A stretch of 64,000 nucleotides of DNA from Octopus sinensis (GCF_006345805.1 NC_043008.1:24862001-24926000), one strand, 5' to 3'; shown: positions 27,685 through 42,545, numbered from the stretch's first letter. The notes: a model not told the origin generated them from the sequence alone. Numbers and translations are program-made.

Positions 27685-30600
27685 GAGTCGCTGTAAATAA
27701 GGTGACGACGGTCACTATGGAGAAAGTACGAAGTAGACAGTCATAGGTAGTTGTGGTCTTTCTTGTGCTCCTAACTATATGGCTATACCAGACAGGGCGT
27801 TATAACCATCCGACATTGAGGATTAAAACAGTGGCGTCAAGAAATTAACAAACTCACGAGGAGCTATGAAATACACAAAAGTTTTTTTTGTGCGAATTTT
27901 AAGGAAAAAGTCGAACAATTATGGAAAATTGTTTGGTCGGTTTGCTCGGGTTGCAAAAACGGGAACAACAACTGAAAGAACAACAGCAACAGATACAACT
28001 GCAAGAACAATAGAAACGACAGCAAAAACAAGAACAACAGCAGCAGCTACAAATGCAATAACAACAGTAGAGGCAACAACAGCAATTACTATTAGAGCAA
28101 CAAATGCTGCAATTAATGAAGTGTAAGTCGCCAGGAAAATCTGAAAAAATGTTCCCGTCAGATTATGTTTTGAACATAACAGAGTTTAAGTACGAACCAG
28201 ACGAAGGAGTTACCTTCGAGGCGTACTATAGAAGATGCAAACAAATCTTTAATAATGAATGCAAAGATTGAGACAATAACATGAAAACGCGATTAATCTG
28301 AAGAAAATTGGCAGCAGGAGAACATGAGCGTTACAACAATTACGAATTCCCTAAAAGACTTCTGGCTAAACCTTAAAGACACAATAGATATATTGTGTAA
28401 AATGTTTAGTGAGAATAGTTTGTTGTTCAAAACACGTTGGGAATGTTTGAACCTAGAAAAGAACAACGAGGAGGACTACATCACATATTCTGGTAGAGTT
28501 AGCAGGGAATGTGAAAAGTTCAAGCAGGACGAATTAACGCCAAATATGTTCAAGTGCCTGATATTTACTCACTCACAAGCTGCAGAGAAAGACGCAGAAG
28601 TAAGAACGCGAATTCTGGCGAATTTGGAACAAAACCAAGCAGTAACATTACAAGTGCTAGAAAACATTTGACGACTTAAAAAGCATTTTAACATCCGGTT
28701 AATCGTTAACGCATTTTGTTCCTAAGTTAGATATTATATTGGCTACAGATGTGATTAATTATGGTGTTGGAGCTGTGCCCCTGCACAAATATGACGGTGC
28801 GACGCTATTACCTGCGGAAAGGAGCTATGGTCAGATAGAAAAGGAAGCGTTTGTAAATATATTCGGTGTGAAAAAATTCCGTAGATTTATTCATGGAAGA
28901 AATTAGTCTACAAAAGGATCATCGCCCACTAGTGTCGATATAAGGTTCTAAAAAAGAAATACAAACATATGCTACAAATAAATACAGCGATGGGGCACTA
29001 CATTATTGAATTATGATTAAAAAATGGAATATTTACTGTCAAAAAAAGTAGGTTATGCGGTTGTTTTGTCCAGACTGATACTGAAACACGAAGATTCGGT
29101 AATCGCAGCTTTAAGAGCAGAAGGAGAAATAAAGTACGTAACATGGAATGTGGTACGCAAATTACCAGTAACTCAAGAAAACATATAGCAAAATGCGGAA
29201 TAGGACAAATGCATAACATAAGTGAAAAGAACACCGTGGCCAGGAAAAGTAAATAGGAACAGGATTGGGGCGAAACGAAAGCAAGATCTGAATTTATACT
29301 CAGTCTGTGATGACGCACCAATGTATGCACAGAGATTAGTGATACCTGAAATATTACAATAGAAAATATTGAGGAAATTCCATGTTGGACTACCTGGATG
29401 GTAGTTCATTCTTGCTACGAGGATGAAAGCTTTAATGCGTAGCTACGTGCACTTGCCAAAAATGGATAGAAAATCGAAAATTTAGTGAAAGGCTGCAGAG
29501 AATGTACTCTAGCAGCAAAATAATCGACGATAAAAAGTGAACCTTGGCCAAAAGTACATTTTCCGTGGTCGCGACCACACATCGATTTCGCTGGTCCCTT
29601 AAAGAGTTCATACTACTTAGTGGTATTTGGATAGCTTTTCTATCAACTAAGTTATGCGGATGGTTTGTCTAGACTTATACAGAATATAACAAAGAGAAAA
29701 TTGTAAATGTGAAAATTGATATTATATTGGTTACAGATGTGAGGGGTTACGATGTAGGAGCCGTGCTTCTCCACAAATATGACGGCGGCAGTAAAAAGGC
29801 TATAGCGAAACCAAGACTTACACCAATACTCAATTTGTTATGGCGTACTAATGTATGCACAGAGAAAAGTGATACTTGAAATATTACGGAAAAAATGTTG
29901 AGGGAATTTCATGTTGGTATTTCGAGAATGAAAGCTTTAATGCATAGCTGTATGTACTGGCCAAAACTGGATAGAGAAATCAAAAATTTAGTAAAAGTCT
30001 GTAAGCAACAAAATTACGGACGATAAAAAGTGAACTTTGGCCAAAAGTAGATGTTCCGTGGTCGAGACTACACTTCGATTCCGCTGGTCCTTTAAATAGT
30101 TCATACTATTTAATAATAGTTGATAGTTTCCCTAAATGGCCAGAAATTTGTAACCGTAAAAAGCCCATCCTCCTCAACTGTGACAAAAGTGTTACATGAG
30201 CTGTTTGCGAAATATGACATCACAGACGCGATAGTGTCTGACAATGGAACATAATTTGTGTCTTTTGAACTTAAAACGATCTGTAAAACGTTCGCTGTAG
30301 AACATGTAACTATAGCACCGTACCATCCCAGATCTAACGGACAAGCAGAACGCTTTGTCGGCTTGTCGATAAGTTCCAGAGAGCCCTAAGAAAGTCGAAT
30401 AAAGAAGTCACGGATATGGTAGCTCGACAACATTTCTTAAGTGTTTATTTAGTAAAAAGTAGAAAAGGTGTATGCAAGAGACACATGAACCAACTGAAAA
30501 ACAGATTCGTTGAGAGCGAACCCAAGAAAATGGAAGAATCAATGGAATGGATATATGATACTTTTCAAGAACCAACACCACTACAAATAATTGAACCCAG

Positions 30601-30828
30601 GCGCACTAGAAAATGTACGGAGTTCCTGGAAGTGGACGCCAAACGGAAAGAATATTAATTGTATAACTAAGAAAAAATAATTTCAAAAAATGGTGGCGTG
30701 ATATAAAAAGTGTTGCTATTAAAAGAAATAAAATGACACTCCCTTGGGAAAAAGAAAACCTTACAAGGGGAGATGTTGTGGAGATAATGATAATAATGGT
30801 AACCCCTCCCACATGACGAGTGGTATGT
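27685..30828 (+). mobile_element. Degenerate Ty3/Gypsy LTR retrotransposon
   Basis: PBS-like tggcgtc at ~27832; gag-like EFKYEPDEGVTFEAYYRR; RNase H ILATDVINYGVGAV; integrase PWSRLHFDSAGP, VSDNGT, PYHPRSNGQAERFV; PPT aaggggaga then tgttgtgg at ~30774; RT core absent. Confidence 0.85.
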
Positions 30829-30989
30829 ACTTTTGTATGAAAGTATTATTTGTTTACTTTCATACAAAAGTACAAACCAAGATTTAACAAAATTTAACGG
30901 AGTACATAGACAAATGGTTTTCACGCTTTTTATTATGGTATTTCAACATGACCAAACAGGATAAAACATTCACAGTATCCAAGACTAAT

Positions 30990-31335
30990 AATAACAAATG
31001 GGGAACATGCATAATGGTAGGTCCATTAGAACAAAAACGAGATGTTCGCAAATGCAGATATGAACTGCAAAAGCAGAAATTTGATCTACTGCATAAAATG
31101 CCCTAATTGTGAGGAACTACATATAGGCAAGATTGCACTATCGAAATGCTTCCGAGTACACAGGCGACAAATTCGGAATACCAATGTTCGCTAAAGTCCA
31201 TTGAGTGAACATATGGAAACGTGGTCAGAAAATGTTTCTAATTTTTCCTTTCAACAAACTACATGACATAAGTGAGGTTCCAAGAAAGATAAAAGAAAAA
31301 CGATTTATTAAAATGTTCAAACCTGTTCTTAACAA
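30990..31335 (+). mobile_element. Penelope-like GIY-YIG endonuclease remnant
   Basis: Pieces translate as NLIYCIKCPNCEELHIGK, RVHRRQIR, LIFPFNKL, KIKEKRFIKMFKPVLN. Confidence 0.7.
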
Positions 31336-31392
31336 CAATAATATAACAACCAGTTAATAATATGGATTAAAAAATATCTTTATGATATGTCC

Positions 31393-31878
31393 GATTATGA
31401 CAACGTATTTCGTCGTTTCTCCGGGAATAGTCCGAACGGCGTACCTTCGCCGATTGACATTACTGACTGTGTCAGTCCACTCTTTGTTAGTAGTGGATCA
31501 GCCCACTTCTCACATGGGGGCGTCCGCCACAACGCCTCCCGGCTTTGAGAGATTTTTTTTTGCAAAGCAACACAGTTGTTTACCTTACTTTTTCATCTCA
31601 CCAGAATTATTTTATCCTTATTCAGATATCATCTTCTTCCACACAAAATTATATATATATATATTCAACACAGCATTATTTTTCTTTCATTTCTTTTCTT
31701 TTTCTTTTAACCGGAATTTTTTGTTCCACACAGAATTATTAAATCCTTCACCCGGACTTAATATTATTATTTTTTGTTCCACAGAAAAGCATTTTTTTTT
31801 CAAAATGCCACAGGTAGTACCCAGTCTTACATTATTCCTACTACATATAGCAACCTGACTTATAAGTCCTTCGAACGC

Positions 31879-31974
<96 letters not shown>

Positions 31975-33268
31975 TTTTTTTCTTCTTTTTCTTGCCGAGT
32001 GTCTTCCCGACTCGTAGGGCAAAGAAACTCATAGTATACATTGGTAGGCCATTAAACCAAACTCAGTAGTTCGTTCATTTTTTTTTTTTTTTTAAAGTTA
32101 AATTAAAATACATGAGCAGCAACAGTTCTCACATCGACAATGCTCTTCTCAATACGTGTGATGTACCAGTTAAGACAATCTTTTGCACTTCTTGCAGGGA
32201 TCATTCTCATATAATTTTCGGTTCCCTTCTTGATCATTCCTAGTGCTCCTACGATCACTGGTATTGTAACCGCCTTGAGATGCCACATTTTCTCAATTTC
32301 AATGAGTAGGTCTTTATATTTTCTGAGCTTGTCAAACTCTTTCGCTGAGATATTATGATCACAGGCGATGCTCATGTCTGTATGTACTGGAAAGTCCCAC
32401 AGAATGGTTACATTTTCTCCTTCAGTTACAGCCTCAGGGTGGTGATTATACCACTTGTCGGCAGTTTTGATATTGTAATGCCGACTTATTAGCCAGTGGA
32501 GATATTGGCCAACTCTGTCATGTCTTAATTTATACTCCACTGGTGCTAAAACTTTACATCCAGAGATTAGGTGGTCCACTGTTTCAATCATGTCGTTGCA
32601 GAATCGGCATTTTGGGTCTGCTCCATTTTTCATCACATTGGCCTGGTAGTTCCGGGTTAATAGGCTTTGATCTTGAGCAGCCAGGATGAAACCTTCGCTC
32701 TCTGCTTTTAGCCCTGAGCTCCGCAGCCACTGATGGGTTTGCTTCTGGTCAACATCAGCTTGTTTGCTGCGGGTCACATATTTGCCGTGCAGAGGTTTCT
32801 CCTTCCACCTATCAGCCAATTGCTCGTGCGCTTTTTTCATTGCCATCATTTTCACCTTCTTTGTAACAATAGTTGCCGTAATTCCCTCGTGCTGTTCAGT
32901 TTGGGTATCCTGCACGAGATCAATAGCAACTTTTTTGCTTTCCTTTATGATAGAATGAAGCTTCTTTCGTCTCTCGTGATTTTCCACGAGCTTTAGCATC
33001 CAGTCATTCGATATTTCGAGATATTTGGCCAGTCCAATTGTGGTTGTTTTGTAAGCTAGTTCAAATTGGATCAGGCCTCGACCTCCTTGGGCTCTGGGAA
33101 GGTAAAGGCGATCTACGTCTGCCTTTGGGTGGTGCATCCTATTACAACTCAGCAGCTTGCGTATTTTTCTATCTATATTCTTTACTTCACTCATATTCCA
33201 CTTCACTCATATATAGCTACATTGTAGCTATAAGTAACAACTGGTTATTATTATTATTATTATTATTA

Positions 33269-33308
<40 letters not shown>

Positions 33309-33343
33309 AATATTATCATTATTGTTATATTATTATTATTATA

Positions 33344-33419
<76 letters not shown>

Positions 33420-33762
33420 GTTTCTTCGACACAGAACCATTTCTATTTTTTTCAAAATCTTCCTTCAATAGAATTTATATATTTTCACTGTTCTTTTCCG
33501 TGAGTGTAGTTCTATGTTATTTCAAATCCTACTTCGGAATTTTTAATATTTTTCACTGCGATGTTTTTCGTCATAATCTTTTTTCACTGCGTGAGCTACG
33601 AATCTTCGTAGTCACTATAAGTCATATTATGATAACGTATTCCGTCGTCCCTGTACGACTAGTCCGAACGGCGTAACTTCACCGATTGACATTACTGTGT
33701 CAGTCCACTATCAATTGGTAGTGACCAGCCCACTTCACACCTGGGGTAATCCACCACAACAC
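31393..33762 (-). mobile_element. Putative small non-autonomous LTR element (~140-bp direct repeats)
   Basis: 31393-31535 and ~33625-33762 share tagtccgaacggcgta.cttc.ccgattgacattactg...cagcccacttc...ccacaac; purine tract next to the left repeat on the minus strand. Confidence 0.6.
31973..33207 (-). mobile_element. 5'-truncated R4/Dong-like non-LTR retrotransposon in (TAA)n
   Basis: 367-aa ORF: RLYLPRAQGGRGL, CCHC knuckle CRFC..ETVDHLISGC, KYKDL, PVIVGALG; RPD segment deleted; TAA arrays on both sides. Confidence 0.9.
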
Positions 33763-34045
33763 CTTAACTTAAGAATATAAACAAATTAGAGAATATCGGT
33801 ACACCCGGAAAAGCATGCGAATTGGTCAAAACCGTATTCCAAGAGTTCAGCTTGTTGGAGCGTTTTGAGAGGTACAACAGTTGTCAAAAACTGAACTGTG
33901 AGTTAAATACATTTTGAAATCTGATGATTTCTACGAACGTATGAAAGTGCTAATTGAACTTTATGAACACTACAAAATGCTTTTTCAATGTTGAAATGCC
34001 ATGATAAAATATTTGAAAACCAGACCATGTTTTAACGTTATCCAA

Positions 34046-34091
<46 letters not shown>

Positions 34092-36151
34092 ATGTATATA
34101 CATATGCAAATATATAATATATGTACCTACACACATATACATATAAATAATTATTGCTAAAATATGCGTGATTATTACCGAATGTGTGCGCAAATAAATG
34201 CGTATACTTGGAATAAGGATGATATGTGCGCATATAAAGGCGATGTGTGTCGGTCTGTACAACAAGTAAAAAAGCAGGTAGAATTTTTTCTGTTTGGCTT
34301 TAGCTGTGGAAATTTTACAGCTTAATGAAAAATCTAAAATTTGATGTATTGATGTAATTTTCCAAGCTGAATCTCAGGTGCTAGTTCGATTTTTCCAGAT
34401 GAACTTTAAAAAAAAATGTTGTCAACTGTAAACAAATGAAATATAGACGGAATTCTGCTTTACGGAAGCCATATACCTCTCATATTTTTTGAAGTTTAAA
34501 GAATTGTTTTGCGAATACGATTATGTTAAAAACAAAAAAGAAACAAAATTTTGATGCGTGATTTAAGGCCTAGTTAACTATTAATTTCAGTACATATCAC
34601 GATCACCTCATGTGTTTTAAGCATTTAATAAGCAAAACATACCACGTGGGTAAGCAGCTTGGTAAAAGCTTGGCTTGTTACTATGGTACCAGGCACCTAA
34701 TGCTTTTTGCTTTCGATCGGCTAAAATTACTGAAAATTTTCAAACTTTTAAAGCTATTAACTCTTTATTTATTGATTTATGGCGAAAATGTATTTCATGT
34801 CCATGATTACGATACAAAACTACACCAATACACCAAATATGAAATAGAATGGAACAAAAAATGAAGAAATTGTATACATACATACATAACCCGATTCAAA
34901 GACTACAGATACAAACCATCACTGTTAAACATTCTAGAAGTTTTATCATTTATATACGAGCATGTCTAGACATGTAGCTATATGCAAGAAAATACATATA
35001 TAAAACAAAACGTAAAATCTACACATATACATACATGCATATATACATACGCAAACACGCACGTACACACACATACATCAATACAAAGATGGGTTACTAA
35101 GGGCAAATAATCTAGGCGGAATATTCCTTAAGCTCTCGGCTGGTAAAATAAATACGTAGACACATAGTTGTAGATATTTACTCAACTATTCAGTTTTTGA
35201 GACTTCAATGACCAAATTCGAATATATAAGCTCCATTGCGATAACTTACACTTGATCGAAATCAAAGTTATCATATTCATATAGTAAATAAATGAAGTTA
35301 ATTTTTCCTCGAGTTTTAGCAGTTCATTGCGCAGTTCGTTACATTTACTTTGAAGTAGGTACAATTTAAGGAAATTAAAAGAGCAACTTATACGAAATAA
35401 TTTACTTATGCACAAGTGAGGAAACCAACAATTCCTATGAAACGAAAAATGGTTATTGTGAAAATAAATTAAAACAGATAACAGACAGATGAAGATTAAT
35501 TGTCATGTAGAAAGAAAAAAGCGTAAATAAAATTAGAAGTTCCTGACAGACTGAAAGCTAAACAATGTAAAAGAAATAATGTTTTGGAAGAGCAATATGT
35601 TTCACACTTTGAATTGTGCGCATGACTTTAATGAGAAAATTTGTCACACATAAAAATCCAGTGACTATTTTAATAGGTATTTCTTACTTCCTATCAGCAG
35701 GAAACACAACACGTGAATATCTTTCTCAAAATAAGTACAGAATAAAATTCTAAAAAGCACGAAAGGAAAATAAATATAAAAGCACATATAAAATAAATAT
35801 AAATAAAATAGAATAAATACAATAAAGATGTGTATTGCATATCATATCAACTTTTCTATATTATTTCTTCCTTTTCTATTTTCTTTGAGAAACTTAATGC
35901 CACTGTCGCTATCAGTTGGAGTAACATCTTATTCTTCAGCATGTTACAAATAAATGTCAATGAGATATTTCCAATGCAAAAATGGCGGCATTAATATCTG
36001 AAAACAAAAGAACAAGTACAACACACTTTGAAAGAAAACTAATCTTGGTGATATTAAAATTTTATCTTTGTAATATTGGACACCACTAAAATATGCATAA
36101 ACACGTATATAAATGCATGTGTATACATGTCTGCTATAGTGCGAATGCATA

Positions 36152-36214
<63 letters not shown>

Positions 36215-37415
36215 ATGTATATGTGTGTATATGTGCTTGTGTGTACGTGTTCATACATGTGTGTTTACGCGCCTGTGTATATGGGTTCTTTTTATAGTTT
36301 AAATATTTCTGCCGTAGCCATATTGTGTACAACCTTTAAAGTTTCGATCGATTTCAATGACACTCGTTATTGCAAGTTATTTAATCATTGGCGTAAGAAT
36401 AAACAAGGATGTAACTAAATATCACAAGGTATTTTCTCCAATGATCTGTAATATTCTGGTATGGTTCAACTATGTAATGTTTTCATCGTTTGAACGAACT
36501 GAAAAACATGATTTGTTATTTAAATCAGGACTAATTTTTATCATGAAAAATCATTTGACATGTTCTTCAGGGAATACATAGAATTACTATACAGATCCCA
36601 CCAAGTGGGCACATACACATATGTGCAAAAAATAATTCCCCAAAATTTCAAATCTTCCAACTTTGTCAATACCATAGATGAGACACGAATAAACAAGAAA
36701 AAATATTCATATAAATATACAAACCACAACTAAATAAACTTCAACAATGTATATTCATCAACAACTACTCCCCTTCAAACACATTTTGCTGAATTTACAG
36801 ATCCAACATATTTTCGACATATAAGTTCCCAAAATTCGAAGTCTTCCCGCTTCACCTTTATTCAAACAATACTAAAAGTCAAACACGAAAAAATTAAAAT
36901 ATATTTCCAAAAACCACATACACACCACGACTGAAGTAACATCAACAAGTTACACAAACACTAACCCACGGACAATAAATGACATCTAACATAATTTAAT
37001 AGTTACACATTTCCTATCCACTTTTATACTTGATAGATTAAATATAGGGAGCATTGATTGTTTTGAGCTGTCACTAGACAATTTCATTCAATAATGTCAG
37101 CTTTAACTTTCGGTGCAGACACTATTGTCACATTACATTAACACACTGACGTAACGGGGCACTTTGAAAACTTACTAAATCTAATCATATAATCATCCTC
37201 TGCCAATCATATTGTATCCTTAAAAGACATTAATTTGAGCCATGTTCTCTACATAAAAAAGAAGAAAATTCCTGAAAAGTACTGTTGTGGCATAGCACCT
37301 CATCTTTCTAACTCGCTTCACTTTTGAAAATTCTGCGAAACAGGTTGAGCCTTTAAAAGTAAATCCTCTAAAAGACGCTCAGTGCATTTTCAACAATTTT
37401 ATCTATATTTCTACC

Positions 37416-37478
<63 letters not shown>

Positions 37479-37507
37479 ACATACATGAATATATAAATGT
37501 ACACATA

Positions 37508-38350
37508 TATGAAGGTTGGTTGAAAATTTATAGGCTGACTATGAAGAAGTGATGCTACAGCTTTGAAATCTTGCATGCATTAACGTATTAATTCCAACCC
37601 TTATTAATAATTGCATTGTTTCATTCTGTATAAACTGATATCAAAGTAGCGACTTTTTTAACGGACAAGATTTAGCATCGTGGTTTTATGAAGTACATGC
37701 AGAAAAAGAGTTTAGGCTCCAAGGATATTCATGCCAACAATGTTGCTACGTTATTTTATGACGCCCCGGTTTTAGCAACAGCTGATTTTAGAGGAAAAGA
37801 TAGAGTCTCGAAGATGATCCAAAGTCCGGACATCCTACAACTACCAACACCGAGGAAAACACTGATTATGTTCGCCACAAGGAGAAAGATGAGAGACGAT
37901 AGACAATAGATCAAATAACCAATGCTATTAGCGTATCCCGCGAAGGATTTGAGAATATTCTATACAGGGAGCTTGACGTAGGTGTTTGTCACATATTCTG
38001 ACACTTAGTCAAAAGCGCACCAAACTGATCACATCACGGGAAAGTCTGACATTGTTTGAAGCTTTCCCAACTGGTTTCTTTGAACGTTTCCAATGCCATG
38101 ATGAGTGTTAGGTTCATCACTTTGAGAAAGAGACTAGGAGACAATCCTTAAGGAGGAAACACTCTACCTCACCTACTCTAAAAGAGGTCAAGGTCGCTTC
38201 ATTTGCAAGGGAGGTGATGGCCTCAGGTTTTGGGATGAAGAGGTATTCTCCTTACTGAACATCTTCAAAATGGCTACACCATCAAGAGAGTGTAGTGTGC
38301 CAATTTGCTGAGGTAGTTACGAATGGCTATCAAGAAAACAATGGCCAGGA
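37508..38350 (+). mobile_element. Degenerate mariner, 5' part
   Basis: TIR-like tatgaaggttggttgaaaatttataggctgac; homologous to 55780-56393; fragmented transposase. Confidence 0.7.
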
Positions 38351-39566
38351 AAACACGAAATTTCGAGAACAAGTCATATGTGTGTGTGAGTGTTTGTGTG
38401 TGCGCGCGTGTGTGCGTGTGTCTGTGTGTGTGCATGCGTGTGTGTGTGTGGTATATTCATATATATAGATATACACGGCCATCATATGTATACACACATA
38501 CACAATAAGTATGCATATATATTAGAGGGAGGGGAGGGCAGGGGAGGGTGAGATAGCAGAAAGGAGGGACAGAGGAGGGAGGGAGGGGTGGTGGTGAGTG
38601 AAATGTGTGATGTTGTTTTAACTAAGTTTTTTTTCCGTTACATAGCCAGTCTATAACGCTTTCACGTAATTAGTTGAAGGGAAAGGCGAAACGCGAAAGA
38701 AAAAGAGGGCAAGGAGAGAGAAAAAGAGGGTAAGGCGAAGAGTGATCGAGAAAGAGGGAGAGTGCTGTATATTAAATCTATAAAATTATACATAAAATAC
38801 ATAAAGTGCGTTAGGTAATCATTATAGTCCAATTTCCTTCACTTTGCCATGATTAGCAGATGGGCGACCGTCTTTTCATACAGACGCGACACAGGCTACA
38901 CTTTCGGATTTTTTAGATATAATTTAATAAGTTTAGCATTAAATCCGTGAAATATTTATGGTTAAAGCTAATAAACAGGAATATCTGCATATAACTACAA
39001 ATAGATAGGTTGACCTACACTCTTTAACGAAAGTTCAATTCTATATCTGTATGAGAGTATCTGTATGTGCATATATCTTTGTGTATATATGTTTGTGTAT
39101 GGCTTTGTGTGTGTATGTCACTGTGTGCATATATATTGGAGGGAAGTATTATTTCATATTTCTCTGACATAATATTAAATCTTTGTATGACAACTTTGTT
39201 ATTCAGGCTATAAAGTCTTCATTTTTACAGTTACCGTATCCAAAGTTATGTTTTTGTTGTCGTCTCTGCTGCAGTCCTTCCTCCCCTTCCTCCTCCTCTT
39301 TTCCTCCTCCTCCTTCTCCTGCTGTTGTTGCTGTTGCTGCTGCTGATGATGATGGATACACCATCTCCTTACAAAATCAGTTGCCACGAATAGTAAAATA
39401 AGTAACGAGAATATTCATACACATACCATGCGTCCATGTCCTATTTGCAATATTTTCTTTGTACCTTCAGTTACAGGGTGTCCTAATAGTAATAAGAGAA
39501 TGATATTCCCTATAATATGGTCCATTACAACAGTAATACTAACAAAAATAGCAAAGTATACGAACA

Positions 39567-39677
39567 AAGAAGAAGAAAAAGAAAAAGAAGAAGAAAAGAA
39601 GAAGAAGAAGAAGAAGAAGAAGAAGAAGAAGAAGAAGAAGAAGAAAAGAAGAAGAAGAAAAGAAGAAGAAGAAGAAG
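39567..39677. repeat. (GAA)n microsatellite
   Basis: Direct reading. Confidence 0.95.
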
Positions 39678-40345
39678 TAACCGTGAAGTCTACTAAGAAT
39701 GGAACGCAAAAAGTGAAACATTTTTCGTAGCATATCAATTGTTAACAATCAAAGTAGATATAATCTTGATACGAAATTTAAAAATGAAGATGCTACCTTT
39801 GGTAACAGAAACGTGAACTAAAAAATATAAAACCTCTAGAGACACTCCCAAAATAACCATACATGGCGTTGCATATGCTTGATGCAATATATTATCGATT
39901 GAATAAAAACTTAGGCTACATTATACATCATCTGTATATTACTCTACGTCTCAAGACAATACACAACGCTTATGATGCACAATCACTTCTCAGTTTGGTG
40001 AACCGTCCACAAAAACAGCAAAAACAAGTAGAACATTAAATTCATTAAAATAGATCACATAACGGAACAACAATAAAACATTATTCAGTAAATTAGAAGC
40101 AATACAAAACATTACATATCTCACACTCCAAAAGAAAAGTACTGCAGCTTGTTACAGAGGGAAGACTTGTATAAAGTAAATCAAAAGTCATTATTTTTAT
40201 CTGCAATGAAGGTATCAAATATGGATTATACAACGGAAGAAAATATAAATAAAGTGTATGTTCTAATCCGTTTTACATATATATTTCTAAATGTCAATTA
40301 TTTAAAATCTATTAGATTTAAAATTCTAAATATGGATGAAATATT

Positions 40346-40506
40346 GGTTTCAAATTTTAATACAAAGCCAGCAATTTCGGGGAGAAGATAATTCGATTAC
40401 AACGACCCCGGCGCTCAGCTGGCACTTATTTTATCGACCCCCGAAGATGAACTCAGAATAGATGAAATACTCAGCGTGCTAACGCTTCTGCCAGGTCGTC
40501 ATCTTA
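40346..40506 (-). mobile_element. Internally deleted SINE of the 3148 family
   Basis: cttattttatcgacccc..gaactcagaa..agcgtgctaacgcttctgcca; TSD-like tggat.aaatatt at 40333 and 40511. Confidence 0.75.
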
Positions 40507-41214
40507 AACTTGGATAAAATATTTCCTCCAAAATGATAAATTCGTACTGAACCTTTCAGTTTCCGCTATGTACTTACAAGAAATAACCTGGTTGAATATA
40601 TGGTGTGAGAGTTCCATGACTCTTTCAATGATCACCTGTCCCTGTTAGCGTATTTCGTATCCTATATCTCTAACATAACATTACCTATGTTTCTCACATA
40701 TTTCTTTCACGCTTTGCTCTGTATTCCTCGGTTTGTTCATAGTCTTCTTTTCCTTACATTTTAAATTGTTTCACGTAAAACTTTGCTTCTGTGTTTTTTT
40801 GTTTTTTGTTTTGTTTTACTGTCTTTTTGCAGTAATAATTGGCTCCGGTTCACTTCGAACATTGTTTTCTAATATTACCTTCGTCGTCTTTTTTGCAATT
40901 TCATCTAACTGACTTCTGAATGACTCTTTATTTTCTGAAAATATCCATTTCATGTTTCTGATTCCAGTCCTGCACCTTCTCCTTCATTATTCTCATCTGA
41001 CTGTGTCTGAATTACCGGACTGTCTGTTCTCTGGATCAATTGACTCCCATGGATCTCTGTCTCATCAAGCTGTCTGAGACGCTTGTTTTCTGATACTACC
41101 GGCTATTTTTTTCTCTCTCTCTCTCTCTTCCCGCTTTCTCGATCTTCCATTTTCCATTATATAAAGTAACAATATACTGTTTTATTCCTTAATTTTGACA
41201 CGATCGTTCTCTCT

Positions 41215-41266
<52 letters not shown>

Positions 41267-42123
41267 CCATAATTAGTTCGTTGTGCTATACACTTCTATT
41301 ATCGCGTCACCTCTCTAATTCACATCTATTGTGTAGAATCCTATATTTCTTCTTTACAGCACCCATCTCTTCTACTCTATGGCTCTTTCCTTAGTCTATC
41401 CTGTATTTTAATGTCTTCTTACTTGCTAGTTGGCTACTAACTATTTCCCCCTCTCTTCATCTATTTAGTGAATCCAGGTCTCTCTAAAACTATTTATTTC
41501 CCTTCCACTGTTCTGAAAAACGTCACTGCCTTCTCCTTCCACATCTATATAATGACACAAAAAGTAAAAACAGGCCTACAACAAAGGGACACCAGACTTG
41601 AGTTTTTTTTATCGATCCGCTTCTTTGATATCACTTTCCTTCTTTCTATATCAATCCTTTATCTCACGTCTTGTTTCTTCCAGTCATCTTCCAGTCATCT
41701 TCACAAAAACTCATTCTTTCCTCTTTTAAATTTCCCAGGATCATTACACACTTTGTTAACTGGATTCCGCTTTTAGGTCTTAATCTAATATTCTGATTTC
41801 AAACGACTCATATTCCATTTTCTGTTATACGAATGCTCCTGTCCTTTCTCTCTGGCTGCCTGCTGTCTCTTTCTCACTCTCACTCTCTCTATCTCTGTAA
41901 AATAACATGGGACAATTATTCAGTTGCCATAATGGTTATGGATTTACATTTACACAGCCTTTATGGATTACCGCAGAGGATTTTACCAGGGATGTATATT
42001 ATTTCTTCAAAATTTTTAGCACAAGGTTGTACCAACTCACATTTATGCCAGTAACTTTTTAAACAACATCATGTTCATACATTTTTAAATAGCATTCGAT
42101 TGACTACCAGAAAATTCACTTTT

Positions 42124-42213
42124 ACTCTGACAAGTGGATGCATTACCTAATAATGATTATCAGTTTTAGATTTCATTTTGAAGAGTAACACATTCGTGAA
42201 ACGATCGTAAGAT
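42124..42213 (+). ncRNA. Degenerate hammerhead-like motif
   Basis: CTGACAA(42127; G8 lost)-gtggatg..cattcgt-GAA(42198)-ACGATCGT-A-ag. Confidence 0.5.
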
Positions 42214-42484
42214 ATTTTAAACTTGTAAAGTTTTATTATAATATGATTTTATAATAATTTTATAATAATATGATTTTTTAAACTGCAATTTGTTATTTCA
42301 TGCAACCGGTTAATGAAAAGAGCGTTAGTTGAAAGGACCAGTGGACGAAAACTGCTTTGAAATATGTATCTACCAAAATCGTATTTCTCTATATAACTTT
42401 ATCTTGCTCCATTCTAAACAAAACTATCCGACGCATGGGAACGTGAAACGATTTTTGTTATATTTGTGCTGCTTTTTAATAAAG

Positions 42485-42543
<59 letters not shown>

Positions 42544-42545
42544 AT

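Noticed and set aside
27866-28126. Thr/Ala-rich mucin-like ORF
   Set aside because: CAA/CAG-rich start of Gypsy gag, also present at 57232-57498
38525-38760. G-rich tract as promoter or G-quadruplex
   Set aside because: Low-complexity purine tract with no associated gene evidence
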